Virus record (IMG/VR): IMGVR_UViG_3300044801_000206
Span: 2,606-66,605 of that record
Source: a virus
Length of the DNA stretch: 64,000 bases
Strand: one strand, 5' to 3'
The position numbers and the translations under genes are program-made. The notes under the pieces were generated by a model. That model saw nothing but the letters and a program-made list of their open reading frames with translations, did no database searches and was not told the DNA's origin. Below, piece after piece: positions 1 to 9,217 of this stretch (the stretch's first letter is position 1; the number at the start of each line of letters is the position of its first letter).

Positions 1-1
1 T

Positions 2-325
2 GACAGCTTTGCCTTCCATGCGGTGGCAAACTCGTTGGGCCATTATGTGGCAAAGATGGAAGGCACCGGGCCAACGCTGCTGTTCTCGGTCAAACTTACT
101 GGGTACGCAGAGGTCGCAGCGCAGTTCGTCTGCGCGGTTCACATTGATCCGCTCGACATCACGTTGAAGCCGACGCAGCAACCGTTGGACCTACAAGAAG
201 AGGCGCAGCCTGCGGAGGCTGAAGACAGCGAGCGGTTGATCTCGAAAGAGCAAGCGGCCGATACTGCGGCGGAAGATGCCACTGATTTCATGGCAGAAGT
301 CGGTATACCGGAGGCCGTGGAATGA
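2..325 (+). CDS. Hypothetical phage protein, 5' truncated by window edge
   Basis: Frame is open from base 2. Acidic C-terminus. Stop overlaps the next start (ATGA). Confidence 0.6.
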   Translation, partial: DSFAFHAVANSLGHYVAKMEGTGPTLLFSVKLTGYAEVAAQFVCAVHIDPLDITLKPTQQPLDLQEEAQPAEAEDSERLISKEQAADTAAEDATDFMAEVGIPEAVE

Positions 326-531
326 TCTGCCCCAACGAACCACTTTACGGCCTTCACAAGCACCCTATCCTGCTGATACCCCGCAAGGTGGCTTTCATTT
401 GTGAGATCTGCCACGAGCCAGGGATAGGCCAGCCAGGGCAGATCGTCCACTCGGGGGAATGCAGAACGGAACGAGGCCGGCAAAGAGCCAGACGGGCAGC
501 CGGGAAGCACCGGAAGGCAGCGAAAGCATGA
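322..531 (+). CDS. Small basic putative Zn-binding protein
   Basis: CEIC...HSGEC motif and Arg/Lys-rich tail. ATGA overlaps on both sides. Confidence 0.6.
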   Translation: MICPNEPLYGLHKHPILLIPRKVAFICEICHEPGIGQPGQIVHSGECRTERGRQRARRAAGKHRKAAKA

Positions 532-968
532 GCGAACACATTCAGTTCTTTGTGCCAGGGATACCACGTCCTGGTGGCAGCAAGAAGGGGTTCTACAACA
601 AACGGCTTGGCCGGGTAATGATGGTTGAGGCCGGCAAGCACACTGCGAACTGGCGGGCATCGGTTTCGCAAGCCGGGTCCGAAGCGGTGACGGAACTCCT
701 TACCGGCCCGTTGCGCGTAAGATTCGACTTCGTATTCACGAGGCCGAAATCGCACTACGGGAGCGGAAAGAATAGCACCACATTGAAGGCAGGCGCCCCG
801 CCATATCCAGCCAGCAAGCCCGATTGCCTGAAATGTGGGCGATCCACGGAAGACGCGCTTACAGGTATCCTCTGGCGAGACGATGCGCAAATTGTAACAG
901 AGGCCCTTACCAAGCGCTACGGCGAACAAGCTGGCTGTCTGATCAGGGTAGCCCCGGAGAAAGCGTAG
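528..968 (+). CDS. rusA: RusA-family Holliday junction resolvase
   Basis: Motifs FFVPGIPRPGGSK, RPKSH, KPDCLK..RSTEDALTGILWRDDAQIV. ATG at 528 is coupled to the upstream stop. Confidence 0.85.
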   Translation: MSEHIQFFVPGIPRPGGSKKGFYNKRLGRVMMVEAGKHTANWRASVSQAGSEAVTELLTGPLRVRFDFVFTRPKSHYGSGKNSTTLKAGAPPYPASKPDCLKCGRSTEDALTGILWRDDAQIVTEALTKRYGEQAGCLIRVAPEKA

Positions 969-969
969 G

Positions 970-1515
970 GTGCCTGGCAAGCAGGGCAAGAGAGATCGTA
1001 TCAACCGTGCCAGGGCCAAGCGCGTAATTTGGGCAGCCTTGACTGGCGTAAGCTATGAGGTCATAGCCAAGCGTGAAGGCATAACGGTGAAAAAACTACA
1101 TGATTATATTGGCTGCTACACCAAGTGGTTCTGGAATGCGTACGACAAGTGGGAAGCCGCAGAGTCCCGCTGCCGTGTGATGGCCATGGAATTAAATCTT
1201 CTCCGGATCGGGAAAGAGGCACCGCGCGATCGACCGCTGGAGAGCCTGCACCCGCCGGAATTATGGATGAAGTGGTTCAAAATAGCTGGCATTGAAACGG
1301 TAAACCAACTGCGCTCAGTTGACAGCAAAACGCTTCTGGACCGGCCGAGGTTTGCTACCGGGGCAATTGAGTGGGCGATCCTGAAATTGGGCAAAGCAGG
1401 GTTATCGCACAGGCTGACTGCCCCGCAACGGCCGAAGTATATGAAAAGTCCAAGGAGCATTTCGCTCAAGAACCGAGCGCTATGGGGCAATGTTTGGCAA
1501 GCGGGCAGAGAGTAG
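970..1515 (+). CDS. HTH protein with C-terminal RNA polymerase alpha-CTD-like domain
   Basis: GVSYEVIAKREGIT is HTH-like. PLESL...AGIETVNQL...LLDRPRF...LGKAGLS follows the alpha-CTD HhH pattern. Confidence 0.6.
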   Translation: MPGKQGKRDRINRARAKRVIWAALTGVSYEVIAKREGITVKKLHDYIGCYTKWFWNAYDKWEAAESRCRVMAMELNLLRIGKEAPRDRPLESLHPPELWMKWFKIAGIETVNQLRSVDSKTLLDRPRFATGAIEWAILKLGKAGLSHRLTAPQRPKYMKSPRSISLKNRALWGNVWQAGRE

Positions 1516-1524
1516 GAGGCAAAG

Positions 1525-2526
1525 TTGAGCAAGACTTCAATCGAGTGGACCCAGCACACATGGAACCCGACGCGCGGCTGTTCCCGTGTCTCGCGCGGCT
1601 GCGAAAATTGCTATGCGGAACGGATGGCGGGGCGATTTTGCGGGCCAAAATTAATGGACAGCGACAAGGCCCCATTTGAAGGATTTGTGAAAATAACCGG
1701 CGCCGGGCCGCGTTGGACCGGCAAGGTGGAGCTGATCGAGTCCAAATTGGAGGAACCGATCCACTGGCGGAAGCCGCGCCTAGTCTTTGTAAATTCGATG
1801 AGCGATCTATTTCACGAGGCGCTGTCTCTCCGCGACAAGGAGCGAATTTTCCGCGTGATGCTGAGCAGCCCGAGGCACACGTTCCAGATCCTAACCAAAC
1901 GGGCGAAGTTGATGTCTGAACAGGTCCCGCAGATTATGTACCGCATCTTCGGCCCCCACTGGACCATGCCCGGATTCATTCACCTAGGCGTCTCCGTCGA
2001 AGACCAGGAGACCGCCGACGAGCGCATCCCGCACTTGCTGCGGACGCCGGCGGCGGTACGGTTCGTCAGTTACGAGCCGGCGCTCGGGCCGGTGGATTTC
2101 CGCAAATGGTTTGACGAAGGCCTGGAGTGCAATTACTGCGAGATGTGGCGCGGCACGGAAGCGGAGGCGAAGCTTGACGGCAACGAGGAAGATCCTGGAT
2201 TTCTGTGCCCAAATTGCGGTGAGTCGTGCGCCCACTTGCCGGTGGACGAGCGTTTAGACCAAGTGATCATTGGTGGTGAATCCGGAGCAGGAGGCCGCCC
2301 GTTCGATTTGCAGTGGGCACGGAACACCATTGCGCAGTGCAAGGCGGCGGGAATTTTGTGTTTTTTTAAGCAGGCAGGGTCAAACGCAATGCTTAACAAT
2401 AAACGTCTACTCCTTCATGATAGAAAAGGCGGAGAACTATCTGAACTGCCCGCCGATTTGAATGTTAGGGAGATTCCGAATGCCCTACAAAGATCCACAG
2501 AAGGCAAAGGAAAATCAACGTCATGA
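1525..2526 (+). CDS. Phage Gp37/Gp68 (DUF5131) family protein
   Basis: Motifs TSIEWT..TWNPTRGCSRVSRGCENCYA, VFVNSMSDLFH, FQILTKR, SYEPALG, IIGGESG, FFKQ. Confidence 0.9.
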   Translation: MSKTSIEWTQHTWNPTRGCSRVSRGCENCYAERMAGRFCGPKLMDSDKAPFEGFVKITGAGPRWTGKVELIESKLEEPIHWRKPRLVFVNSMSDLFHEALSLRDKERIFRVMLSSPRHTFQILTKRAKLMSEQVPQIMYRIFGPHWTMPGFIHLGVSVEDQETADERIPHLLRTPAAVRFVSYEPALGPVDFRKWFDEGLECNYCEMWRGTEAEAKLDGNEEDPGFLCPNCGESCAHLPVDERLDQVIIGGESGAGGRPFDLQWARNTIAQCKAAGILCFFKQAGSNAMLNNKRLLLHDRKGGELSELPADLNVREIPNALQRSTEGKGKSTS

Positions 2527-3413
2527 CCCCACGGCTAAAGCCGGGGGCTTGTAACTGAGCCATGCGATACAACTGCACAACCCGCTACGTTCGGGCACAT
2601 GACGGCGCCCCTGCCCGCTATTACCCTGGCAGCGTTGATATCCGCGTGCTCGGCGTATCCGCACGCCAAACACCGGAAGGTCGATTGGTTGGGACGATTG
2701 CGCTTGTCAGTGTACCCGCAAGCGGAGCATTCCCGGCTGGTATTTCTCGGATCAACGGCGAACAGCGGGACACCCGCCAACGCCGCCTTGTACTCCGTAA
2801 ACGCCCTCAACTGTGCGAATGCCCAACTATGCAGAACTGCTCGTTGCGGTTTCCTAGCCCTGATCCTGGCCCGAATCCCCGTCAGTTCCTCGACGGCGAT
2901 CCCGCGCCAGGTGCGTTCGGCTTTAGCAACGATCTGCTTGGAAATACAGTGGTTCATGTCTTTGGCGAAGCGCGTCTCTTTGCCTGCCAACTTTTTCAAT
3001 CGGCGGTTAGCCGATTTCGTTTGTCGCTTCTGAAGTGCGGAGCGCAGTCGCTGATGCCGATGTCGAATCGACTTCAATTTGGAGCCAGAGTACTGCGTAC
3101 CGTCGCTATCGCTGGCGATCTGCGCGATACCAAGATCCACCCCCAGAAATTCGGACACATCGGATGGTAGGCGATCTTCTGGATAGCGAATGCCTGGAAT
3201 ACCTTCTTCTCCCAGGCGAGGACGCTGATCCAATTGCAGGCGGCATTGGCCCTTGCCATCGTCTCCATGAGGGCGGCATGGGGGATCTGGTTCGCTACCA
3301 GTTTTACCTTGGCCGTCAGTTTCATAAACACAGTATAGCACAAAATCGTCTTAACAATACAGGAGGCGGCGCTTCCTCCCCACGCCTGAAGGCGGGAGCT
3401 TCCGCGCACGCCG
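2520..3413 (-). mobile_element. IS200/IS605-family non-autonomous element A (deleted tnpB, no tnpA)
   Basis: Subterminal hairpins at about 2527-2547 and 3376-3399. Right end finishes in TGAC. Probable target motif TCAT at 3414-3417; left boundary is inferred. Confidence 0.8.
2535..3325 (-). pseudogene. tnpB: tnpB with internal deletion and frameshift near 3170
   Basis: N-terminus MKLTAKVKL..ARANAACNW is in one frame. FLGVDLG, AVEEL, TSRECSAC and HADINAA are in another. Over 100 aa of a typical TnpB are missing. Confidence 0.85.
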
Positions 3414-3518
3414 ATGAGCCCCGCCGGCTCGCAGGGCAGGGAGGACAGCGGTGAATTGAGGGATAAAGAGGGATTCAGCGGGAGTTGCTTACGAGGGAGC
3501 CGGCGGCGGTTAATGAAT

Positions 3519-3767
3519 TCATTTTTGGTCGCTCACTGATAGCGACCCGTCAATACAGCGATGCGACAGGTTGAGTTTAGGTGGCGAAGTCAGGATGCAG
3601 TACGATCCGCAATCCCACGTCACAATTGTATAAGTAGACAGGCACCGAGAGATGCCCCCGGTACGCCGCTGCACGCTGACTCGTGGCGCACTGCAATGCG
3701 GGCAAGCATTGGTCGGTATCACCGGATCATCTGCGGTGCTCTCGGTCTGGATCGGTTGTGCAGCCAT
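3519..3767 (-). CDS. Small Cys-rich hypothetical protein
   Basis: CPHC...DCGSYC...HRC. Starts 5 nt after the DHS-like gene stop. Confidence 0.55.
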   Translation of the reverse strand: MAAQPIQTESTADDPVIPTNACPHCSAPRVSVQRRTGGISRCLSTYTIVTWDCGSYCILTSPPKLNLSHRCIDGSLSVSDQK

Positions 3768-3772
3768 ATAAG

Positions 3773-5443
3773 TTAAGCTTTCGTTTCGAGCAGAGCCTTT
3801 ACCAGCAGCGGGAAGACAAGCGTGTAATCACCCACGACTTCCGCGTTCATCCCGACAATCTCGCCTTTAGCTCCACCCTCTTTCTCTGGTGGCCAGAATT
3901 TTCCCCACGAGCGCCCCTCCGAGTTTTTTAGAATCAGCGAGTTGGCGGCGAAATTGTGGGTGCCGGCAACCGTCATGTCGAACGTTTCGTCTTCTCCCCA
4001 GTACTCCACTGACTCGACAATGTGATTAGCCTCTCGTTGCTCCTTGTAGGCTACGTTGAACGGCATCAGCCTATCGGCCGGCTTTAGTTCGGATAGCTTT
4101 TTATATGAGCCGTCGCGCATTAGAAATTGGTGATCGGCCGAGGCAATCACTTCTCCCGTGCATCTTCTGGATCGCTTAGTCTCGTTTCCTTTAGATACCC
4201 AGGAGTACTTCACTTTGTAAAGCGTCTTCTTGCCGGACGGGAATACGGCCGATACATTCGACAGGACAATCCGCTTCTTTTCGCGGTCGTATGAATAAAC
4301 TGGGAACCCACTCTTGCCGACCAGTTCTCGGATTGGAATTCCGCGTGGATACATCTTTAGATTGCGGGGCGTCTCAATTAGGGTATCCCCGTGAAGGCAG
4401 TAGCTGCAACCGCTAAGTCCTGCATTTGTACCAGATGCGTCACAGATCCGCACGGCATATTTGAACCGCATAATCAACGATTTAGGTTCTGCTCCGTACT
4501 CTGTCAGGATGTCGAACGAGGGCCCGACCTGTTGCGCCCAATTCCTCGGAACTCCACCGCCCAAGGTGACGACTCCGCACGATTCCTTATGCTGCTTGAT
4601 GAGATCCGCGTATCGTTCCCAATCCCCGAACGCATCGAACATAAGCGTGGGCTTGTCCGCCTTCTCGCGCAGCACATTCTGCGCGTAGAAATCCAAGCCA
4701 ATCTCGGAGTCGCTGAAGGACGGTATGAAAATTGGGATGCCGTTTCTTTGAGCAGCGTGCAGCAAGCCATTCTCTTTTGGGAAGTCCTTGTTCAACCGCT
4801 CACCGAGCAACTCCGTAATGTCGGCGCTCGTTATCAGCGTGTCGGGGTCCAACGAATCGGTGATCTCCCGCAGGATGTCGAACCCTTCGTTCAGCGAGTC
4901 TTCCAGTTCAATGCAATCGTAAATCCGGTTGTAGCCTTTAGCGTAAAACCAATTGTCGTCAACCGCTTCGGGGTCATCAACTTGGAACATCGGTCGGCCG
5001 CGCTCAACGCTGAAGCTGTGGGTGATGACGGAGCCGGTGCTGACAATGCAATGCACCAACTCGTGGTCAATGAGGTCGGCAATTAGAGGACTCAGCGGCG
5101 TGGCATTCCCTGAGAGCGTCAAGACCGTAAAGCATTTCTTGTCCTTTGCCATTGCTTGAAGGACTTCGAGCGCTTTGCCAACATCCCGACCGCCGGCTGT
5201 CGTCCCGCCCATTGCCTCCGCCAACCCGCTGAACGTGTGGATCTCATCGGCGTGGGGGAAGGCGATAGCTTGCATGCCATGCTCTTTGCCGTGGCCCAAC
5301 TTGCGTTCATGAGGTTTCGGTAGCCGCGTCACCGGCGGAGCGATAGCCTGCTGCGGAGAGTCCACAGTCTTTCCTGCTTCAGCCTTCGGCTTGGCCGGCG
5401 CGGCTTTAGGCGGTTCTGGCGGAGGAGCGGTTTTCGGCGGCAT
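3773..5443 (-). CDS. Deoxyhypusine-synthase-like protein containing a mini-intein
   Basis: DHS motifs LSGN, IVSTG, YNRIYD, IFIPSFSDSEIG, LGGGVPRNW, GLSGCSY|SEGRSWGK. Likely start MPPKT at 5443. Confidence 0.85.
   Translation of the reverse strand: MPPKTAPPPEPPKAAPAKPKAEAGKTVDSPQQAIAPPVTRLPKPHERKLGHGKEHGMQAIAFPHADEIHTFSGLAEAMGGTTAGGRDVGKALEVLQAMAKDKKCFTVLTLSGNATPLSPLIADLIDHELVHCIVSTGSVITHSFSVERGRPMFQVDDPEAVDDNWFYAKGYNRIYDCIELEDSLNEGFDILREITDSLDPDTLITSADITELLGERLNKDFPKENGLLHAAQRNGIPIFIPSFSDSEIGLDFYAQNVLREKADKPTLMFDAFGDWERYADLIKQHKESCGVVTLGGGVPRNWAQQVGPSFDILTEYGAEPKSLIMRFKYAVRICDASGTNAGLSGCSYCLHGDTLIETPRNLKMYPRGIPIRELVGKSGFPVYSYDREKKRIVLSNVSAVFPSGKKTLYKVKYSWVSKGNETKRSRRCTGEVIASADHQFLMRDGSYKKLSELKPADRLMPFNVAYKEQREANHIVESVEYWGEDETFDMTVAGTHNFAANSLILKNSEGRSWGKFWPPEKEGGAKGEIVGMNAEVVGDYTLVFPLLVKALLETKA
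3923..4399 (-). other. Mini-intein (159 aa, no homing endonuclease) in the DHS-like gene
   Basis: Starts CLHGDTLI. Block B SADHQF. Ends TFDMTVAGTHNFAANSLILKN followed by Ser. Removal restores the GLSGCSYSEGRSWGK motif. Confidence 0.9.
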
Positions 5444-5453
5444 CGCCTTTATT

Positions 5454-5651
5454 CTACCGCCGCCCGCGAGTTGATACGCGACGAACTGCACGGCTAGCTG
5501 AAGCGCGTACAGGCAAAGCCCTCATCTTCATGCCGCGGTTCTCCGCTAGCATCTTGTGCGCTTTGGCAGGGCTGGGGGCGCCGGGACGTTTAACGCGGCC
5601 AGAGGCAGCCGCACCGAGAAAAGCTGCCTGTTTTTGGCTGACGATTTTCAT
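5454..5651 (-). CDS. Small basic protein
   Basis: AGGAGG RBS upstream. Arg/Lys/Ala-rich. Confidence 0.65.
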   Translation of the reverse strand: MKIVSQKQAAFLGAAASGRVKRPGAPSPAKAHKMLAENRGMKMRALPVRASASRAVRRVSTRGRR

Positions 5652-5777
5652 GACAGACCTCCTTTACCAAGATCTCCGTAAAGCCCCTAGCTTCAGACAT
5701 GGGGATATAAGGAGATTCGGCCTTTGGCCGACTGATTTTGCTTGTATTAGATTGCGCATGGCTGTATAATTTGATGA

Positions 5778-6176
5778 GTGGACTACAAGAGCAACAACAA
5801 CGTGGTTTATTCGTGCAAGTACCACGTCATCTGGTGCCCGAAATACAGGCGTTCCGTGCTTGTGAAGCCGGTCGATGCGCGGCTGAAAACACTCATCCGC
5901 GAAACAGCCGCCGCGCGACGATGCGAAGTCATCGAGTTGGAAGTGATGCCCGATCATGTCCATCTGCTGGTCGAGGTAGATCCACAGTACGGCGTGCATC
6001 GACTCATCCGCGAGATCAAAGGCAGAAGTTCCCATGCGCTGCGCAAGGAGTTCCCTTCTCTCGCTACTCGCCTGCCAACCTTGTGGACCAATTCGTATTT
6101 TGTTTCGACGGTTGGCGGTTCACCGCTGGCCATCGTCAAGCAATACATCGAGAACCAGAAGCGGAGCGAACGTTGA
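5778..6176 (+). CDS. tnpA: IS200/IS605 Y1 transposase
   Basis: [14 protein letters not shown] motif PDHVHL, catalytic Tyr in QYIENQ. Confidence 0.95.
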   Translation: MDYKSNNNVVYSCKYHVIWCPKYRRSVLVKPVDARLKTLIRETAAARRCEVIELEVMPDHVHLLVEVDPQYGVHRLIREIKGRSSHALRKEFPSLATRLPTLWTNSYFVSTVGGSPLAIVKQYIENQKRSER

Positions 6177-7366
6177 AACAGCTTCGCAAGGTGTACCGAT
6201 TCCGCATGGAGCCGAACGGCGCGCAACGCGAGGCGCTGTCGCGCATGGCGGGCGCCCGCCGATTTGTGTGGAACTGGGCGCTGGCACAGCGCAAGGCGCA
6301 CTACCTTGAGATTGGCAAGGGACTTCCGGCCGCCGAGCTTTCGAGCCGATTCACCGGGTTGAAGCAGCAACCGGAAACCGCGTGGCTTCAGGATGTGGAC
6401 TCGCAGGCCATGCAACAGGTGCTTGCCGATCTTCAGCGAGCCTACCGGAACTTCTTTGAGAAGCGGGCGCGATTTCCGCGTTTTAAGAGCCGGAAGCGGG
6501 ATCAGGCGCGGTTTCGGATTCCGCAGCGTGTCAAGATTGCGGATGGCCGGGTCTATGTGCCCAAGGTTGGATCGGTTGGGATTCGCCAGTCTCAATCTAT
6601 CGACGGTGCGACCAAGAGCGCGACGTTCAAGCGAGATGTCACCGGCAACTGGGATGTGACGCTGGTGACTGAGTTCACGATGCCCGATACGGCGTTGCCG
6701 CCTGCCGATCCGGCCCGCGTGGTGGGCGTGGACCTCGGGCTGAAAGACTTCGCCGTGCTGTCGGACGGCGAACAGGTTCCGGTACCGCAGTTCTTCCGCA
6801 AGTCGGAACGGAAGTTGCACAAGGCGCAGCGCGTGTTCAGCCGCCGCGAGAAGGGCAGCAAGCGGAGGCTGCGTGCGAAGCGGAATGTATCGCTGGTCCA
6901 CCGCAAGGTGGCGAACCAGAGGAAGGATTTCGTTCACAAGTTCACCACCGGATTGGTGGAGAAGTACGATGGGATCTGCATCGAGGATCTGTGTGTGAAG
7001 GGCCTTGCGAAAACCAAGCTGGCTGGACACGCGAAATCGGTCCTCGATGCTGCATTCGGAGAGACGCGGCGGCAACTTGAATACAAGACCGTGTGGAACC
7101 GTAAACATCTCGCGGTGATCGACCGCTGGTATCCATCCAGCAAGACCTGTCACGTGTGCGGCGCGGTCAACGCGGCGCTCACGCTGGCGGATCGAAGTTG
7201 GACGTGTTCGGGTTGCGGTGCTCATCTCGATAGGGATCGGAATGCGTCTCTCAACATAAAAACCGAAGGGCTAATCATTCTCGTCGCGGGGCACGCGAAG
7301 AGTTTAAACGCACAGGGAGCCGGTGTAAGACCTCCGCAGTTGGAGGCAGTCGGTGTTGAACTGTGA
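6173..7366 (+). CDS. tnpB: TnpB RNA-guided endonuclease (intact RuvC)
   Basis: TTG start overlaps the tnpA stop. GVDLG, IEDL, CHVC/CSGC zinc finger, DRDRNA. Confidence 0.95.
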   Translation: MKQLRKVYRFRMEPNGAQREALSRMAGARRFVWNWALAQRKAHYLEIGKGLPAAELSSRFTGLKQQPETAWLQDVDSQAMQQVLADLQRAYRNFFEKRARFPRFKSRKRDQARFRIPQRVKIADGRVYVPKVGSVGIRQSQSIDGATKSATFKRDVTGNWDVTLVTEFTMPDTALPPADPARVVGVDLGLKDFAVLSDGEQVPVPQFFRKSERKLHKAQRVFSRREKGSKRRLRAKRNVSLVHRKVANQRKDFVHKFTTGLVEKYDGICIEDLCVKGLAKTKLAGHAKSVLDAAFGETRRQLEYKTVWNRKHLAVIDRWYPSSKTCHVCGAVNAALTLADRSWTCSGCGAHLDRDRNASLNIKTEGLIILVAGHAKSLNAQGAGVRPPQLEAVGVEL

Positions 7367-7393
7367 ATCCCCCGGCTTCAGCCGTGGGGAGTG

Positions 7394-8107
7394 TCAATTC
7401 CACCGGTAACTCATGGTGCCCATGAACTCGGGCTGAATGGAACTGCCGGCTACTGCGGCTTCCCTCACCCCTCCGACGATGCCAAACCCGGCGGGGATCG
7501 CATGACCAAAAATTTTCAGGCCGCCCAAGTCCCCGCGAATACGTAGTCCCCCACCGAGATTCCCCAGGGCAATGCTTTGGGCGGCGGCCGCAGCGCTGGC
7601 CTGGGTAACTCCAAAGGTCGCGCCGGCATCCATAGTGGCAAAGAGCGAAACGCGGCCCGCTTTCTTGATAAGATATCCGAATCCGCTGCGCACCGTGGAA
7701 AGGTGCGACTGCATCTCGACTGTCGTAATCGAGCACACCTTTGAGCCGCATACCCCGAGTTCGAGAATGGCCGCCGCGAAAGACGGGCTCGAATAGCGGT
7801 TGTACTCCCCGCCAAGGCCCACGAAGACCGATGTCGTAGACGGCGCCGCGACGATGATGATGCAGGTGGCCCCTTCCACTACGAAGGTGTAGGTGCCCGC
7901 AAGGGTGGGCGTTCCCACGATCGCACCACTGGAGGCATTGAGCGTCAAACCGTTCGGGAGCGTCCCTCCGCTCAGTGTATAAGGCGTGGTGCCGCCCAGC
8001 ATACCGGAACTGTACGCTGCGCCAGTCGTTGCGGTATTGGTGGGACAGGTTTGCCCGAAGGCGCAGAACGCGACGGACAGAAGCACTAACCCAAATCGGT
8101 AAACCAT
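7394..8107 (-). CDS. Secreted protein: putative Ig (He_PIG-like) domain plus probable outer-membrane beta-barrel
   Basis: Signal peptide ending AFGQ. GGTTPYT..LPNGLTLNASSGAIVGTPT motif. Amphipathic beta strands ending SYRW. Confidence 0.6.
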   Translation of the reverse strand: MVYRFGLVLLSVAFCAFGQTCPTNTATTGAAYSSGMLGGTTPYTLSGGTLPNGLTLNASSGAIVGTPTLAGTYTFVVEGATCIIIVAAPSTTSVFVGLGGEYNRYSSPSFAAAILELGVCGSKVCSITTVEMQSHLSTVRSGFGYLIKKAGRVSLFATMDAGATFGVTQASAAAAAQSIALGNLGGGLRIRGDLGGLKIFGHAIPAGFGIVGGVREAAVAGSSIQPEFMGTMSYRWN

Positions 8108-8120
8108 CGTAAATCTCCTT

Positions 8121-8306
8121 CTATTTCTTATCATGATACTCCCCCTGGAGGTCCGGCCCACCCGCTGCCAAGGCGATCTTCTCCAGACGTTTCATCTCGT
8201 TGTCGGCTTCGATCTCCTCCGCAGCGTCGATCAGATCAGGCTGCCGGCTGTCCTCGCTCGGCGTGTCAAGAGCCGGCGGGATTTTAGGCTTAAGTTGAAT
8301 GCCCAT
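8121..8306 (-). CDS. Hypothetical protein
   Basis: Starts immediately after the upstream stop. Plausible composition. Confidence 0.5.
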   Translation of the reverse strand: MGIQLKPKIPPALDTPSEDSRQPDLIDAAEEIEADNEMKRLEKIALAAGGPDLQGEYHDKK

Positions 8307-9065
8307 TTATTTAAACCAGCCTAGCAGCGAACCTGCCGCAACCGTGGCGGCGCCCATCTGCGCCACCGGGGGGCCGACTCCCAAGGCAATCCGAAGCCAC
8401 GTTGGTAATGGCTTTGACGCAGCGGCGAAATTCTCCATGGTATGTTGAGTGGCCACAAACGACTTGGCGCCGGCGTCGCTCATCACGTTGACATGCTGGC
8501 TGATCTGGTCCCAGTTAGAAATGAAGGCGGGGGTCGCGGTCTGGATATCCCGCATGGTCAACGCCGCCTGTCCCATGGTCACTTTGGAGGCCGCGATCAG
8601 TCCCAGGAATTGCGGGTGAAGATCCGTGACGGTCTTGTCGGTATGTTCCAAAGTGGACTGGGCGGCGGCAAGAACGGGATTAACTTGGGACTGAAGGGTA
8701 GTCACTTTTGCCTGGAGTGCATCCAGTTGGCCATTGAGCATCACAAGGGCGGTCCCGACTTGCCGGTTCAGGTCATCACGGGTCGCATCGAGCGTACCCT
8801 CAATCTTCGTGGCGTGCTTGTCGATCAATCCTGTGGCCAGCGACGGGACTTCACCGATGGTCTGAGAAAGCTGCCTCAGGACCGGTGTGACGTTCTTCGT
8901 CAACCATTGGCGTGTCAAGTCGCCTTGCTTCTCCACCTCTCGCGGGATTGCTCCCACGTTCTGACGTTCTGCGTCAATCAGGCGATAGGTTGGGATCGTC
9001 AACGCGATCAGACACAACCCGATTACGCCGTGGAGGCTGAAAACGCGAATGAGAAAACTGCGCAT
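8307..9065 (-). CDS. Membrane-anchored coiled-coil protein
   Basis: N-terminal hydrophobic segment, heptad-like middle, hydrophobic C-terminus. Confidence 0.65.
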   Translation of the reverse strand: MRSFLIRVFSLHGVIGLCLIALTIPTYRLIDAERQNVGAIPREVEKQGDLTRQWLTKNVTPVLRQLSQTIGEVPSLATGLIDKHATKIEGTLDATRDDLNRQVGTALVMLNGQLDALQAKVTTLQSQVNPVLAAAQSTLEHTDKTVTDLHPQFLGLIAASKVTMGQAALTMRDIQTATPAFISNWDQISQHVNVMSDAGAKSFVATQHTMENFAAASKPLPTWLRIALGVGPPVAQMGAATVAAGSLLGWFK

Positions 9066-9146
9066 GCGTTACTTCTTTTTGGCCGCCGATCCACAGGGGA
9101 CGATCTTGCCGTCTGCCGCGATGCAGGCTAGCTCGTTAGGGACAGG

Positions 9147-9181
9147 ATGCTCTAAGCACGGTAGTCAACTATATAATTCCC
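9147..9181. promoter_or_regulatory. 35-bp intergenic repeat, copy 1 (TATAAT on +, TTGACT on -)
   Basis: ATGCTCTAAGCACGGTAGTCAACTATATAATTCCC is 34/35 identical to 19198-19232. Confidence 0.6.
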
Positions 9182-9217
9182 CTTGTATTCTACTCCAAAA
9201 CACTTGCCTTTCCACCA

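Larger units (their letters stand above)
5668..7397 (+). mobile_element. IS605-type element B (tnpA+tnpB); target motif TTAC, right end TCAA
   Basis: TTAC at 5664-5667. Left guide AAAG and right guide GAAT precede the hairpins, and the element ends in TCAA, the same motif set as IS608. Confidence 0.93.

Noticed and set aside
5738-6172. 542-aa ORF suggesting an N-terminally extended TnpB
   Set aside because: The extension overlaps tnpA in another frame. TnpB-like sequence begins at the TTG at 6173.
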